This document shows, one piece after another, positions 25,053-38,072 of a stretch of 64,000 nucleotides of DNA; position 1 is the stretch's first letter; each line of letters begins with the position of its first letter. Position numbers and translations under genes: made by a program. Source of the DNA: Toensbergia leucococca (lineage: Eukaryota); assembly GCA_022813965.1 (NCBI GenBank), contig JALDZS010000018.1, forward strand, positions 62,001-126,000. The letters run 5' to 3'. The notes below the pieces were generated by a model that did no database searches, was not told the origin of the DNA, and saw nothing but the letters and a program-made list of their open reading frames with translations.

Positions 25053-26204
25053 TAAGAGTTGTCGATGAAAGATAGCCACCTACCTCCGTGGAGGGGTGAG
25101 CGAGTCTTCAAACCCGCCTTGCGACAATGCTGTAAGAATGCGAAGTCGGTCGATCGAGGGGCGAGACGAAGCTTGGACCATGCTCGGTAAGGTAGGAGGG
25201 TAGGTAGAATAGTCCAACGTTAGGCGGAGGAGAAAGGAAGGACAGCCAACAGACAGGAGTGTTGTGTTGTCGAGATGATAATCCAAGACCAGAACAGAAT
25301 TATGAAAGGAAGAAGGTGAAAGATGAGAAGGTAAAATGGGAGTGTGGAATGTCAGAAACTGAGGTGATGATAATGTTGTACAAAAATTGGGCGATTACCG
25401 GAAAATGTCAGATTCAGCCTTCGAGGTTATCCATCCCACTTCCCACTTCCCACTACCCACTATTCTACCCACTACCTTACCTGAACCACCTCCCTTGCTC
25501 ACCCACTGGAGCCGGAGATGACGCTATCTGGGCGTGATAAGGATCCTGGACATGGCTTGAGTGGCTGTTGGGCAACCGGATCAACTTCTGCTTTGGGGAT
25601 GTTGTAAGCGGTGGTGTTCGGAATCATGTCAATCATTTTGTCCATCAAAACATTCTGCTGCCGCGCACACATCCATCAGTTTCATCGTTGTTGCAGATTA
25701 TCGCATGTTTTAGAGGTTCGCAGTGCGATGGTAACCTCGTGTTCGAAGAGGTTAGCTTCCCGGGGCGCAGTTCCGTCAGATGATCGACCAGAATTAACTT
25801 CAGCGAGGCACATGGTGTACAAGGAGCAAGGTATATACTTAGGGCTTTAATCGCTATTTATGTACGGATAAGAAGATATGTCCTCCCTCTAGTAAACCAT
25901 CGCACAGCGAAGCTTATCAGTCTACCCATTTTCTACTCCATTACGGAGTATTCATGGCCGTACTCCGTACAGATAGCAGGATAACAGATCTTCCAGTCGA
26001 AGCGAACTATTATTTTAGGGCTACAGTTGTTCACGAGTACCTACCTACTCCATAATATCATCGCTTGGCCTAACACTTCTACAAGCACATTTCCGTCAAG
26101 CTTAGATGAGCTAAGTTGTTTATTCCTATCAACCTCGCCTGTCTGTATCCCTTTACAAGGAATATCTTTCCGAGAGTGAAAGCTGCAAGTTACAGATCCT
26201 CAAT

Positions 26205-27878
26205 TTACTCGTCCAACAATCCAACCGTCCATTCAGCGATCCGATCCACCCCCTCACCTCGTATAGCACTAACAGGTACAGCGTTGAGCTTGCCCCTCCA
26301 CACGTTTTTCCTATCGCTTGGATGATCCACTGAACGGCTAGCTATTGCGTCAAGGTAGATTTGTAGTTTCATAAAATTATTTTGGGTTCCTTCAATATCA
26401 GCCTTTGTAGCAACAACAAACCAGGCTTTGGATGATATAGGCGCCATTGCTAGTGGTGGGAGCACTTGCGACCCAGAAGGATTGATGATGATACTCTCTT
26501 GATATTTTGCCACGGCGCCATCTTGTGCCGTTGTCGAAGATGCCGAGCTGCCAAAAGCTTTCCAATCGACAATTCTCTGTTCAGTTTGCATGTTGGTCTC
26601 CATGCCCTTTAGTTTTTCAAACTCGCCAAGCTCACGCCAGAGGCTCTTCAAATCATCAACAGCATCCCCATGACTGAGGTCAATTACAAACGCCAGTACT
26701 CGGGCACGCTCGACATGCCGGAGGAAACCGAGTCCCAGTCCTCGGTCTAAATGTGCATCCGGTATAAGTCCAGGGATGTCAGCGATGGAAAAGTGCGTCA
26801 ATGGTTCTCCTGTTGGTCCGGTCGCTTGCAATTTTGGTCTCCCGTGATTGTCGTCCAAGACTACAGTGCCAATGTTTGGTTGTAGTGTAGTGAAAGCCCA
26901 ATTACCAATGCGCGCTCTGCTTCTACTAAGTGCACGTAGCAAGGTACTCTTTCCGGCATTAGGCATCCCCACGAATCCAACGTCTGCAATTAGTTTAAGT
27001 TCCATTTCCAATGTTATGCTCATGCCAGCTTCGCCCTTGGTTGCAAATTTTGGCCGCAGTATGGACTTGGTCACAAAATGTGGGTTACCTAATCCACCCA
27101 CTGCACCTGCGGCAAGTAACATCGGTTTCTCCATTGGCTTGGAGAGATCCAGAGCAATTGGTGCAGGAGGCTGGGAGAGCGTCAAGCCCGATTTCCTCGG
27201 CCCAGGATGAGCGGGAAATTCGGCTGTTGCATATTCAGATGGCGTCGTTGATGGATAGAGGATCCATTTGTCCCTTCTCCACTGTCCCCGAACATCATCT
27301 TCAGCAGGCTTCGTTATGCCGGCCTCTATATTCATCCTCTCCTCTTGCTCGTCGGATACGGGATCAAACCTCGAAACTTCTCGAATGACAGTCCCAACAG
27401 GCACTTCCACTACAACATCTTCTCCTCTTTGGCCACCTTTGGCCTTTCCTTGTCCATTCTTGCCTCTGCTAGCTCTCATTGTCCGACGCCTTGCTAGCTT
27501 ATGTAGACTTGTTTCTCCCTTAACCGCCTGGATGTAAACATTCCCTCCACTACCGCCGTCGCCTCCATTAGGCGGTCCTGCCGCGATATATTTCTCACGG
27601 AGGAACGAAATACACCCATGACCACCAGAGCCAGCATGGAGGGTTAGTGTGCATTTGTCAGCGAAAATGGTGCGTGCATAGTCTTCTGGCGGAGGGTCGA
27701 GATGTGATTGAAAGCGCAATTCTTGTGACGATTCCTCCTGGATGGTAGCATCTGTAGATAATTGACGCCTGCACTTTCGAGTTGCAGGAAGACCAAGTCC
27801 AAAGCGACCTAAGAGGAAGGGTGAGGTGTCCAGGCAAGGATAAAGGAAGGGCAACAAAGTGCCCCGAAGGCAAGACAT
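26205..27878 (-). CDS. MTG2: Mitochondrial Obg-family GTPase
   Basis: Obg fold glycine repeats (GSGGHGCISFLREKY..GPPNGGDGGSGG). G1 GMPNAGKS, G2 FTT, G3 DIPG, G4 TKAD. Basic N-terminal presequence. Confidence 0.93.
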   Translation of the reverse strand: MSCLRGTLLPFLYPCLDTSPFLLGRFGLGLPATRKCRRQLSTDATIQEESSQELRFQSHLDPPPEDYARTIFADKCTLTLHAGSGGHGCISFLREKYIAAGPPNGGDGGSGGNVYIQAVKGETSLHKLARRRTMRASRGKNGQGKAKGGQRGEDVVVEVPVGTVIREVSRFDPVSDEQEERMNIEAGITKPAEDDVRGQWRRDKWILYPSTTPSEYATAEFPAHPGPRKSGLTLSQPPAPIALDLSKPMEKPMLLAAGAVGGLGNPHFVTKSILRPKFATKGEAGMSITLEMELKLIADVGFVGMPNAGKSTLLRALSRSRARIGNWAFTTLQPNIGTVVLDDNHGRPKLQATGPTGEPLTHFSIADIPGLIPDAHLDRGLGLGFLRHVERARVLAFVIDLSHGDAVDDLKSLWRELGEFEKLKGMETNMQTEQRIVDWKAFGSSASSTTAQDGAVAKYQESIIINPSGSQVLPPLAMAPISSKAWFVVATKADIEGTQNNFMKLQIYLDAIASRSVDHPSDRKNVWRGKLNAVPVSAIRGEGVDRIAEWTVGLLDE

Positions 27879-28123
27879 GCAGCTTTCTCCAATCTAGCAA
27901 TGGTGCCCCCTAAAACATGGACCCTCGGACTTTTGTTCTTAGTCCGCAAAATATTCACATGCATTCGCAATTTTGTTTCTCCGATGATTCTGGAACTAGA
28001 ATAGAATAAGCGAAATCTTCGGCGTTGTCACAGTCGTTGTCTTCGTTCGACCGAAAATGGTCTGAGGGGAATGATGCAAGGAAAGAGCATGAAACCTCGT
28101 CTCTGCACTGCCAATGACAAGAC

Positions 28124-29300
28124 ATGAACCTCCTAGACAAACACCAATGGTATCATAACACAAGGCAGTACGTCCTCCTTGAATAGTAAGTGTCGCAATA
28201 TAATACCTCACGTCGCACTTTCATCAACTGATGGCAGCACGCGGTAGTGCAAGTCTCAAGCATGTCTGCCCTGAAGGCATCTATCTGAGCCTCACGCCAG
28301 CATGCCCAACAGAATGGTCGGGTGTGCTGTTCGTTCGAAAAGGTAGCCTGACTGATGGTGATCGAATGCTCAGACACTCATGAGTTGCATCAGGTCCTTA
28401 CGCACCGGCTATTCTACGATTCCACCTCTCCTTCCCTTCTTCTTATCCCACATCCCCCCCCTTGATCACTTTTATTAGCGACATTTTCCATCCATTAGTG
28501 ACGCCATTGACGACTTATACATACACTACTGCATCTTCCAGTCTGGAAACTGTCAGTGCCACAGACGAAGAGCGGCTTCCGCCCGGCGGATTCAGTCTGA
28601 GGCATGGATTCCCACAATGGTTTGGAAGGGCCAGTAAAAGTATGACCTCCTCGACAACGTCATCTAGGGATGTAAGTAATGTGTATGTAACGAGGCGAGG
28701 CTTTCAAATTACCCACCAGCCAGAGCCCTCGGCTTCGAGAACATCAAGTCCAAGTGCTTGCCCAGATACTTCCAAATCAGCATCATTCAACCCAGGCAGT
28801 TATCAAACTAGCATTATTGAAGTTCTTCAATATTTGAAAAATTCTTTTGATGAATGTCTAGTATTGGATGGATTGCCTCGCGAATGTGCTGGTAATTTGG
28901 GCGCTTGGGATTCCTGGCAAGCACATCGAAACAAGAACCCGAGAGTATTAGCTTCAGGCATGAAGAACTCCAGTGCCATAAGGGGAGAGGCACCTTCCTC
29001 CGGCCATCAACTCCATATTACTCATGAATCTCTCGTGAGCCGGTCAAAGGAGCCACATGACTGGAGTTGGGATGGAATATGGGAGAAAAGAGTGAGAGAC
29101 GGTATCGATATAAGTATTTCTGACTCGGTCCTCTATGGGAGTGGTGCAAGTGCCGATAATCTTGTGAATATCTTCCCTAATGCCAACGACACGATGCTGA
29201 CTTGAGCTCAAAGATTCAATTTGTCGATGCCGACGATAACACTAGTCAGACCATAAAAGAAATAAATCCCACTCAAATACCAGGTGTACGAGATGGGTAA
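28124..29300 (+). CDS. FTS: Catalytically inactive UBC-fold (UEV) protein, FTS/AKTIP-like
   Basis: Spliced model with introns 28186-28247, 28343-28393 and 29164-29213 reads QYVLLEYASLKHVCPEGIYLS..WSGVLFVRKGPYAPAILRFHLSFPSSYPTSPPLITFISDIFHPLV. HPL replaces HPN and there is no active-site Cys. The start codon is less certain. Confidence 0.75.
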
Positions 29301-30572
29301 ATGCTTACCTCGGACATCATCGAATCGATTGCCCTGTAGGAACAGAAGGCAAGATGATCGTGTGTGTATTGTCTTCTCGCTGGAGAGGCTGTTAATGTAC
29401 CTGCAATAAACTCAAAGTGTGTGATGATTTCGAGGTTTTTTTGGTATGCTGGTTGCTCCTGCTATGTGTGTGAGCCTTTCAGTCCAGGTAATTAAGATTC
29501 TGTTTGAGCTTCTACGCACTGGGATCCATTCGTCAATCTTGGGATATTCGACTGCGCTTCGTGCACCATTCCAGAAAATCCTTAGCACATCATCCAGCAT
29601 TCTACTGAAAGTATAAAAGACTTACTTCATCTCTTCTCCATATCCTAATTTCTGGTTCTTCAATTATATACGGTACTTTGACCGGGCCCTGGTGTCTTCT
29701 TATTCGCTGCTCCGACGTGCTTCCTCATGACCTTCTAGCTAGGGGTTCAGGTTTTTGGAGCTCACAGGCTAGAACAATCACATAAGATCTTCCACTCTTG
29801 ATGCCACGGAGACGCAGAGGACGAAAGTCGGTCACAATAGCAAACCTACAAGAGACTGCACCATTAGTATCATCTACGTCACCACCAAAGCTGTTGAAGC
29901 TAGGAGACTTACGGGAGCTTCTGAAATCAGCAAAGCCAGCAGATTCACTAAAGCTTCTCAAGCTTGCAGTCGCCGTGGCAATTCTTAGAACGCGACGTCT
30001 TTTGCTCCCAGTCAAATTGGGTTTTTTCTCCAGCATTTGGCTCCAACTGAAGTCGTGGACGGAAAAGGCCTGGGCTCGATTGCTGTGGCTATTCTGCCCG
30101 TTGACGAAACTTATACGGTAATCTGCACTTGGGATTGAATAAGAATCATATCGCTAATGCCATGCTCTGGATAGATCGACCCTGTGGTATCTTGAGTTGT
30201 TAGTCGCGACGTATAGACGGTATCCAAACCATCGGAAATCGATAGTGCTATCTCTCATAATATTCTGCAGCCTAACGAGTGTTGCAATTACCATCTGTGC
30301 CAGTATTCTCTCCAAAACGGTCGACTTCGTGGTAATTGTGCTGAAGTCGAGGGTGTATTCCCGTTGGACAGTCGGAATAGAGCTGGGACTGAGATCCAAT
30401 AGCATACTCGACATCTTACCTTACCACGCCTCTGATCTTCTTTACCAAATATCCTGGTACCAGCAGACTCTCTCTACCCAGTAGCGTTTCTTGCATCACG
30501 GGAAGAACTAAAGCCAACTCTTTCTCGCTACCTTCCTGATCTGACTTGGCTGGATTATCACAATTGAGACGG

Positions 30573-30815
30573 ATGAGTAACAACGGCAGCAGCATTACTT
30601 GGCTGCTGATACTGACCCCTATTATCATCGTATGCATTGCTGTTTTCGTTGCCATCAAGTGCTCGGAGTGGTGTGCTGGTAAAACGTGGAGGTGTATTCA
30701 AAGGAGATCGACTGGAGGCCACAAAAACACTGCATCTGACACATCAACCGTTAGTAGTGACACTGCAAGAGGGATTGATTTAGAAAGAGGTAAAGCAGCG
30801 CCTCTGCAAAGCTAG
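30573..30815 (+). CDS. Small (80 aa) single-TM protein or upstream ORF
   Basis: MSNNGSSITWLLILTPIIIVCIAVFVAIKC has a clean TM helix, followed by a polar tail with DLERG. Confidence 0.4.
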   Translation: MSNNGSSITWLLILTPIIIVCIAVFVAIKCSEWCAGKTWRCIQRRSTGGHKNTASDTSTVSSDTARGIDLERGKAAPLQS

Positions 30816-30921
30816 GCCTCGTTCAGTTGCAAGCTGGGTAGAGGACATCGAAGAAAGATCATCTCTGGGTACATTTGAATGTGCTGCGATTATCTTGCTT
30901 GTAATTATCGCCACTGCCAGG

Positions 30922-32823
30922 ATGCAGTTGAGCAACGTTTGGCTGGATCCTCAAGACAACGGAGCTGCAGAGGATCGAAAGGGCCTTACACCGGCTCCTT
31001 TGAGAATAGTGAAACGTGAAAACATATTACCGTCCAAGTTCGCCTTGGCTCGGCTTCAACCTACCTCTACGTCGCCACGAACCTGCTTTCCGCAGAGAAC
31101 CTCGTCACTTGCACATCTACAAAGCCCACAGCATATCGACTCGAACGCAGGTGGCAGCTCTTTAATTATAGCTAAACATCGTCAAGCTTGCGTGACAAAC
31201 GAGACGTGCCACAACAACATAGCATTTCGAGACGATACGCAGGTGAATTTCTTCCAATCACCCACACCAGCTGCAACCGTCACACTTAAAGATAACACTC
31301 CTATCCAATTTACAGAAGACAAGACTCTAGCTCCTACGAGAGCAGTGATAACGGAAATGTCGAATCACACAGAAACCCAAGACTCCAAGTCCAAGCCTAA
31401 CTCTAAGCTTAAGGTACCTCCAATGGTGATTTTGTGCCCCAAGCCATTTGTCTCACGCAGTGAACAGAGAGCTTTGAGTTTGCTACAACCAAAATGGACG
31501 AAATTATCCAATGAACTTGCAGCAGGACAACCCAACTTGCCTTTAATGAACAATGAACAGCATATCACGGAAAATCACCCGGGAATTCAGAGGTCGTTTT
31601 CAGTAAGACAAACCATCTCTCGTGCCATAGGGCACGGTAGAAATAAATCCTTGAGTGGTTTGCCGATGTTAAGGTCCGCAACAAATTCCGTCCCAGTTGG
31701 GGCAACAGAAAATAGAGATATTGCCAGTGGTGTTCAGCCAGGTCATTTAATGCTTCTCGCCTCGCAGCCGGAGCCTGACAATCAACAGCCAGAGTCTTCC
31801 GGGGAGCAAAATGATTCTCCAGCTCAGCTATCACGACCTCTCGGTCAGGAACGCGATGATGCTCGAGAACAGCACACAGATAACCTTACTGGGCCGGAAC
31901 ACACACTATTCGAAATTGGTTCACTTCTGGGATTCGCAGAGGAACCTATCATTAATCATGAATTGATTAAGAGAATTAAGAGAGAAATAGAATCTATAGA
32001 ATCTCGTCTATTCCCGAATCTCGTAAATTTCCCCAACCTGGAATCGCCAGGACCTACCCTCCAAACTAGCGAAGATTGGACTATTACGAGTAGAGATTAT
32101 AATTATCTGCGGAACGCATACAGTGAATTAAAAACCCGACGTTCTGCTCAGCCCACGTTGCCGCAAGAAACAACTGCTTGGACCAATCGAACCCACACCT
32201 TAAAACCTAAAGCGCAGACCGAGATCCTGAAACAACTTGTAGAACTAGGAATCCGGCGTTCCTTAGATCCTACTGAATTGCAAGCTACCAGACCTGCCGA
32301 GCTAAGAGGTTCCACTTCGAGGATTGTTTCTGGCAACATGAGTGAGCAGCAACCGTCTGAAATTTTGGCGACGACGACTACGGCTAGGGAAAACGGGAGT
32401 GGTTTGGACCAGCATTCCACACAGCGCGAAGAGTCGAACACCGGAAGTCCTAGACTTCCGAGACATAGGCCTAGATCATCAAGCCAGCGGATCCGAATAT
32501 CCGCGTCTTTACCGCCACGGCGATCAACGGCGTTCAACACTTTTATGCTGCAAAACATGAGTCCCCAGCGGCGTCACAGAATCTCCGACTTGATGATTAC
32601 GGCTATTGCGAATGAGAGAGACTTAAGTTTGGAATCAGCAATTGATTTAACGCGCTCTTTTCATGCTGCGGGTGGAACTGCACAAGAGAGTGAGGTCATG
32701 TGAGTTTTCTTTTCTTCATGGGTGTCATAAATTTTCTCTCTGGATTTGAAGATTTGCATTTTACTAATTTTGGACTTTTTGGTGATTAGCCTATTTGGTC
32801 CTGCGACGGTTGCCGGTATTTAA
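30922..32823 (+). CDS. Hypothetical largely disordered protein (~600 aa)
   Basis: 1.8 kb stop-free ORF with PAPLRIVK motif. Terminal intron 32700-32789 (gtgagt..actaat..tag) adds ILFGPATVAGI*. Confidence 0.65.
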
Positions 32824-33822
32824 GATGGACTTCTCATGAGGGCTGATTGATTGGACGGTAGGATGTGGATCTTGTTATTCTGACGTGCAGGTTGGCATCA
32901 GGGGTTTATGGTAAGGGCATGTGGTTGCTGTTATGGGCACGAGGGTGGGCCTTCTACTTTATGATGTGGAGGCTTTTACTAGCCTGATTTGTGGATATTG
33001 AAAGGGGTGCAGGTGGATGCAGTCAGTGGCTTAAGCTCGTGACTGTGATGGACGAGATTCAGTGTGTTTTGTGCTTTATTTTTCTTCTTCGAGGGCGGAT
33101 GGACGAGGCTCTTCTTCGATTACAATTATTTTAATGGCCGATAAGGCGAGGAGGCGAGGTTATATTCTTCTCTGCGAAGTCTTGCGAATGAGGGGGGGTC
33201 TTTCTGGATTTAATTTAGTTTTCCTAGGACTGCTGCCCGGAAGGTTGAGAGGATTGATGATGATTGCTCCAGTTTAGTTTACTTTAGTTTAGTTTGTTTT
33301 TGTTAAATGGTACTCTCTACTCTACTTTACTGTGCTCTGCTCTGGTTGACTTTGATCTGCTCTACGATGCCGTGCTTTGAGTATTACTTCATTGGGATGG
33401 AGCATACCTACTTTGGTTGGATCAAGGGGGCTCTCAAGGCAGCAAGATTGTAGCGCCGGGGGGATGGGGGGGGGATGTCGATGTGAAGTTGGGCCTTGTG
33501 TCATGAACAGGGCTGCTAAAGAGGATTTAGCTGGTGATTTTTGTGTTTATTTGGTGGATTTTGGATATGTGTAGTGTGGGGGTGTGAGGAGTTTTTTTGT
33601 GAGAGCGAGTGGAGCTTTTATTTTGCTTTGGGAGAGGGGTATGTGGTTGTGTTTTCGTGGGGGCGGAGAGCGAGGGCAAGAGCGAGGTTCTTGTTTCTTG
33701 GGAAGTCATGAAAGATGTACATTGCTTTCGTTATCGTTATGAGCTTCTATATGATATATGAGGTGCTGATATAGACAACATTCCATGGAAAAGGGGTGGA
33801 GGCAGAGAAGGGTAGCCAAAGC

Positions 33823-34995
33823 TCACGAAGCCATAATAGCCCTAACATCCCAAACCAACAACCGCTCATCCCACCCACAACTCGCGCACCAGCCCTCCGC
33901 GCCAAAAAGGCACCAATCCACCCCAGTAACAAACTCAGTATGCAACCCCATCACCCCCATCTGCCTTCCCTCCTCCCCCATCTCCACCCCCATCGCGCTG
34001 CCATCCGTCCAGACCCGGCATGTCATGTCGTAGCTTGCGCTCAGCAGCACGTCGGGGAGGTGCGGCGACCAGGCTAGTTTCCTGACGGCGTAGTCGTGGC
34101 CGGGGAGAGTGGCGATGGGGCCTTGGGCTGGGGAGCGGATGTCGAAGGTGCGGATTAGGCGGTCGACGCCGGCGGCGGCGAGGATGGTGGGGCGGTATTT
34201 GTTCCAGTCGTGGGTTAGGGCTTCGGAGGGGGGGAGGGAGGGTTGTTGTTTGTTGGTGGGGTTTGAGTGGAGGGGGAGGGTGAGGGTTAGGTGGTTTGAG
34301 GCGCTTGGGGGTGTGCGGAGGTCGAAGAGGCGAAGGTGGGAGTCTGAGGAGACGGAGGAGAGGAGGGAGGGGGAGTGGGGAGAGAAGGAGGCGCTGTAGG
34401 TGCAGGAGTGGGTGGGGAGGGTTAGGATGGAGGCGTTGCGGGTTGGGGACCACTGTTTGGCGAGGGAGGGGGGTTAGTTACTTTTTGGGGTTGTGTAGGG
34501 ATCTGCAGGTCAAGGCAGGGAGGAGGATCTATACGATTTTTATGGTACCGTCCCATGAGCTGGAGCAAAAGGTGTCTTTTGCTATCAGGTTCCAATGAAC
34601 GGAGAAGACTTCACGTTTGTGCTCTTGCCAGGATTGGACGGGGAAGTTGTCGAGGTTCGTGTCGAAGAGTTTGATGGAGCCGTCGCCAGCGGCGGTGACG
34701 AGTTGGTTTTCGTGGACTTCGGACCAGGAGAGGTCGTAGAGAGAGTCTTGGGTGTCAAAACTTTGGGGGGAGGTTGCGTGAGTGTTTGCGATGGATGTGA
34801 TGCTTGAGGGGGGGAGAGTACGGATGCTTACCACTTCTCTGCAACGATGCCTTTGGGAGTCAGGCCTAGGATATAGAGGCGGCCATTGCCAACGAGGCCG
34901 AAATTTGCGGAGGAGGCGACGGCAATGCGGGAGTCGAAGAAGGGCGAGTATTTCACGGCATAGCCATTGAAGCCTTGGGTACGGAACTCGAGCAT
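33823..34995 (-). CDS. PEX7: Peroxisomal targeting signal 2 receptor (WD40)
   Basis: MLEFRTQGFNGYAVKYSPFFDSRIAVASSANFGLVGNGRLYIL. WD repeats SSSWDGTIK, SASYDMTCRVW and HTEFVTGVDW. Two introns. Confidence 0.97.
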
Positions 34996-35534
34996 GGTCG
35001 TAGTAGGGGCATGGTTCGGCGTTAACAGCTCCAAAGATGTCTATTCCACGAGCCCCAATCCAAGCATCTCAGAGTGGAATTGTATTGTGAAAGCTAGCTA
35101 GCTGCATCATTAAACTAAAGTACACGGCGTCATGCCTCAAAGGTGAGATAGCTTTCATAGCCGCGATAACCCCGCATGTATTTAGGCGCAAGCGCTAACA
35201 CGGCAACACTGTTTCAACCTTGCACCGCCACTCCTGCCTTTCCCTGTTTCTCTCTTCTACTACGTTTGACCCTCCAGTCTGTTGAAGTGACGACTGGTTC
35301 ATTTCCCAAGCTGAAATCATTGATTTAAGTCCTGACTAGCCATTCACTGCTGGCAGTTATTGATAATGAATATGCTTCTGACACTGAGAATGCTACCTAC
35401 TGATGATAGGTTAGGTCTGTGACATCAACATTATCTACCTAGACAAAGTGAAACATACTGTCTGTCTTCTGTCAGTGTCAAGCTGCCTCTCACATATTGT
35501 GTGTCATGATTTACACTGCAACTGCTGTTCATCT

Positions 35535-36486
35535 TCAGCAATTCGTTTCTTCAGCTGGTGGTATAGCGGTCAATCTCTCTTCTGTCAGTCTAGTCTTACG
35601 GTTTGTGTACCCCTTTATGCTTGGGTGGTCAATCCACCGCACTCTATTGGGGTTCCCGAGCTTCTGCACGCATGATGGAAAGTGTTCCTTTACCGTCGAT
35701 TGACTTCTGAACCCCATTTGACAATTGCTGCAAAAAAATTGGCCGCCGATTCTCTTGCGAATAGGGCCTTTGAACTCCTTCTTCGGTGTGACTTTGCCAC
35801 ACACAGGAGTCAAAAGTTCAGTCCTCGCTCGTAATCTCCGTTCCGATCTTGATAATCTAGTGCCTGGCGGAACTCCACCTAGAGTGCCCTCGGTCTGCTG
35901 TACCGGTGCCACTGGCTCTGCCGTCAATGTATCGGCCTGTCTTAGAGGGAGTTGTGGAAGAGAATCGGGTCCCGAGTACATATTCGGGAAGAGTTGTGTA
36001 TTTGGTGAGGTGAGTCGCGGGTCGAGTACTTGAGATTGTGTTAAATCGCTTTCGTTGTGTGTGTCCTCTACGGTATTAGTGCGCCCAAGTGCCTGTCCGC
36101 CTTTTCAGTGATAGCTTTCTTGGCGAGTAAGAGAAGATTGGACTGACCTCTGGGTAGCGTTGTGCGTTTCCTATTCCGGCTTCGTACACTAGTGTGCCAT
36201 TCGGTGCTGCAGAATGAAAAGTGGAAAAGTCTTCCCCTTGACTCAGATGGGCTTTACTGGAAAAGTGTTCTGCTTCAGCGGCTAGGTACTGAAGGTGTTC
36301 GTTCTCAGATGGATTCTGGATGGGACGGGTTTGTGAAGCCACACGAGAGAGAGCGAAATACGGTCCCTGGATGTCTCTTGTTGCCGGAAAATCAAGGTAA
36401 GAAGCATCATATAAACTCGTCTCGGCACCTAGCTCATCATGAGTAGTGTGAGAAGCCGATGGCCGCTGGCTAAAGCTGCTCTGCAT
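35535..36486 (-). CDS. Hypothetical protein (~298 aa) with C-terminal C2HC-type zinc finger
   Basis: Intron 36147-36093 (gtcagt..cag) joins ORF 36076-36564 in frame with ORF 35535-35981. Motif FCSNCQMGFRSQSTVKEHFPSC (C-x2-C-x12-H-x3-C). Confidence 0.65.
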
Positions 36487-38072
36487 TGTCAACTTGATAC
36501 AGTTGTTTAAGACCGTGCGTGGAGCGTGAGTCGAGCTATCTTGAGAAAAAGAAACCCAAAACAATTGGATCTTTGTGTTTAAAAAGTGGTAGAAATTGAG
36601 CAGCTGGGTTCGGAGAGAAAGAAGAAAATAGACTTGGATGTACGCAAATAAGGTGGTCTGATGATGCCTGTCGTCAGTTAAGTCTGTTGACTGTCAATCT
36701 GGGCAAAAAATGTTCCATCCACAGCGAAGGATTAGGGTGGTGATTTTCCTCAATTGAGACAGCCGAAACCATTCTTATTTCGTGATTCGTCAGCGAGAGT
36801 GCTAATACAGAGCTGAAGTAGGAGGTATGCAGGCATCTCTTCTACCAATGTCTGTGTCAAAAGTCACTGCTAAAGCCTACATTTTGCTTAATGAAGATAA
36901 CTACCATACTTGCACAAGATTGATCAAGGGGCTAGAGTTCAAACTTCTATTGAATTGCTGTGAAGGTAGGCTACAAGATGCATAATCACTACCTTGACTT
37001 GACTTTTTCAATGGCATATTCAGTTGTCAACTCTACTAAGATAGTCCCTACCGTCACGGATGTCAATGCTCTACAGTATCTTCTTGTAGTGAGAAGCGTG
37101 TAGTGGTTGCCATACAAACTTGCTCTAATTGTGGGTTCAATGTAGAGTATGGTCAGTCCCACGTAGATGCGAGTATCTTTCTAGCCATCCATGGCAAGTT
37201 ATTTCTAGCGGGTGTTCCGACGAATGCAATGCTACAGGTGACACTACTTACAATATCAATGGCTTGGCTTTGTTGTTTAGGGCATGACACCATGAAAGAT
37301 TTCCACGTGATGTCAGGAGTGTCAGCACCCGGCAGACTTATACGGTTGAACTGCAAATCTTCACTTAAATGGCACTAGGCGGCACTCGTAGGTGTGAGAA
37401 GTCATGGGGGTTTCCGGGGTTAGCAAGAAAACCACCAAAACACCAGACAGTTAATTGAATTATCTACCACAATTGAAACGATTATTATTTGAGCTTTGAC
37501 TACTGTACTTGCCTGAATCAATTACTTACGTGTTGACGACGTTTTTGCAATGCACGTGTTAAAATTTCCCTCAAGAACTGACTCCCATTTACTCTTTGAT
37601 GACTAACCCCGGCTCGCCCGGGAACGCCCATGACTTCTCGCGCCTACGAGTGGCGGTTAAAAAAATAGATTTCTGGCTTAGTCATATAGAATAAGGCTGG
37701 CCGGTTGGTGGGTTGGCACGTTGGGTACTCCAAGGATGGCCCAAGCTCCCTTGGCCAAAATTGCTCCATTTGACAGTTTCATATCCGTACCTAACTCCGT
37801 ACCGTTGGTACCGTTGAAGAACTATACCTGCACTCTACATGTAGCCTCTGCAACATCTACGTTCATATCAATTACCTCGTCAGCTTCACTGAGGCTATTC
37901 CGCCTTCATCCAAATCCCAGAATATTTTCCCAAGAGTCGCAGCTTCCACCACAACAACAAACCTATCCCGCGGCTCTAACATCTCTTTGCTGCACACAGC
38001 CTCTGATGCTCTATTATCCTCGCAGAGAAGCTTCAAGTGTTGGCAGACTCTCTTGCCTGGCTGTCACCCACT

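Noticed and set aside
29725..30484. Several ~90-107 aa ORFs
   Set aside because: Non-ATG or weak starts, no motifs and no coherent splice model.
21706..34995. Peroxisomal fatty-acid cluster (hydroxyacyl-CoA dehydrogenase plus PEX7)
   Set aside because: The genes are not adjacent, and the dehydrogenase has no PTS1 (ends NVRE) or clear PTS2.
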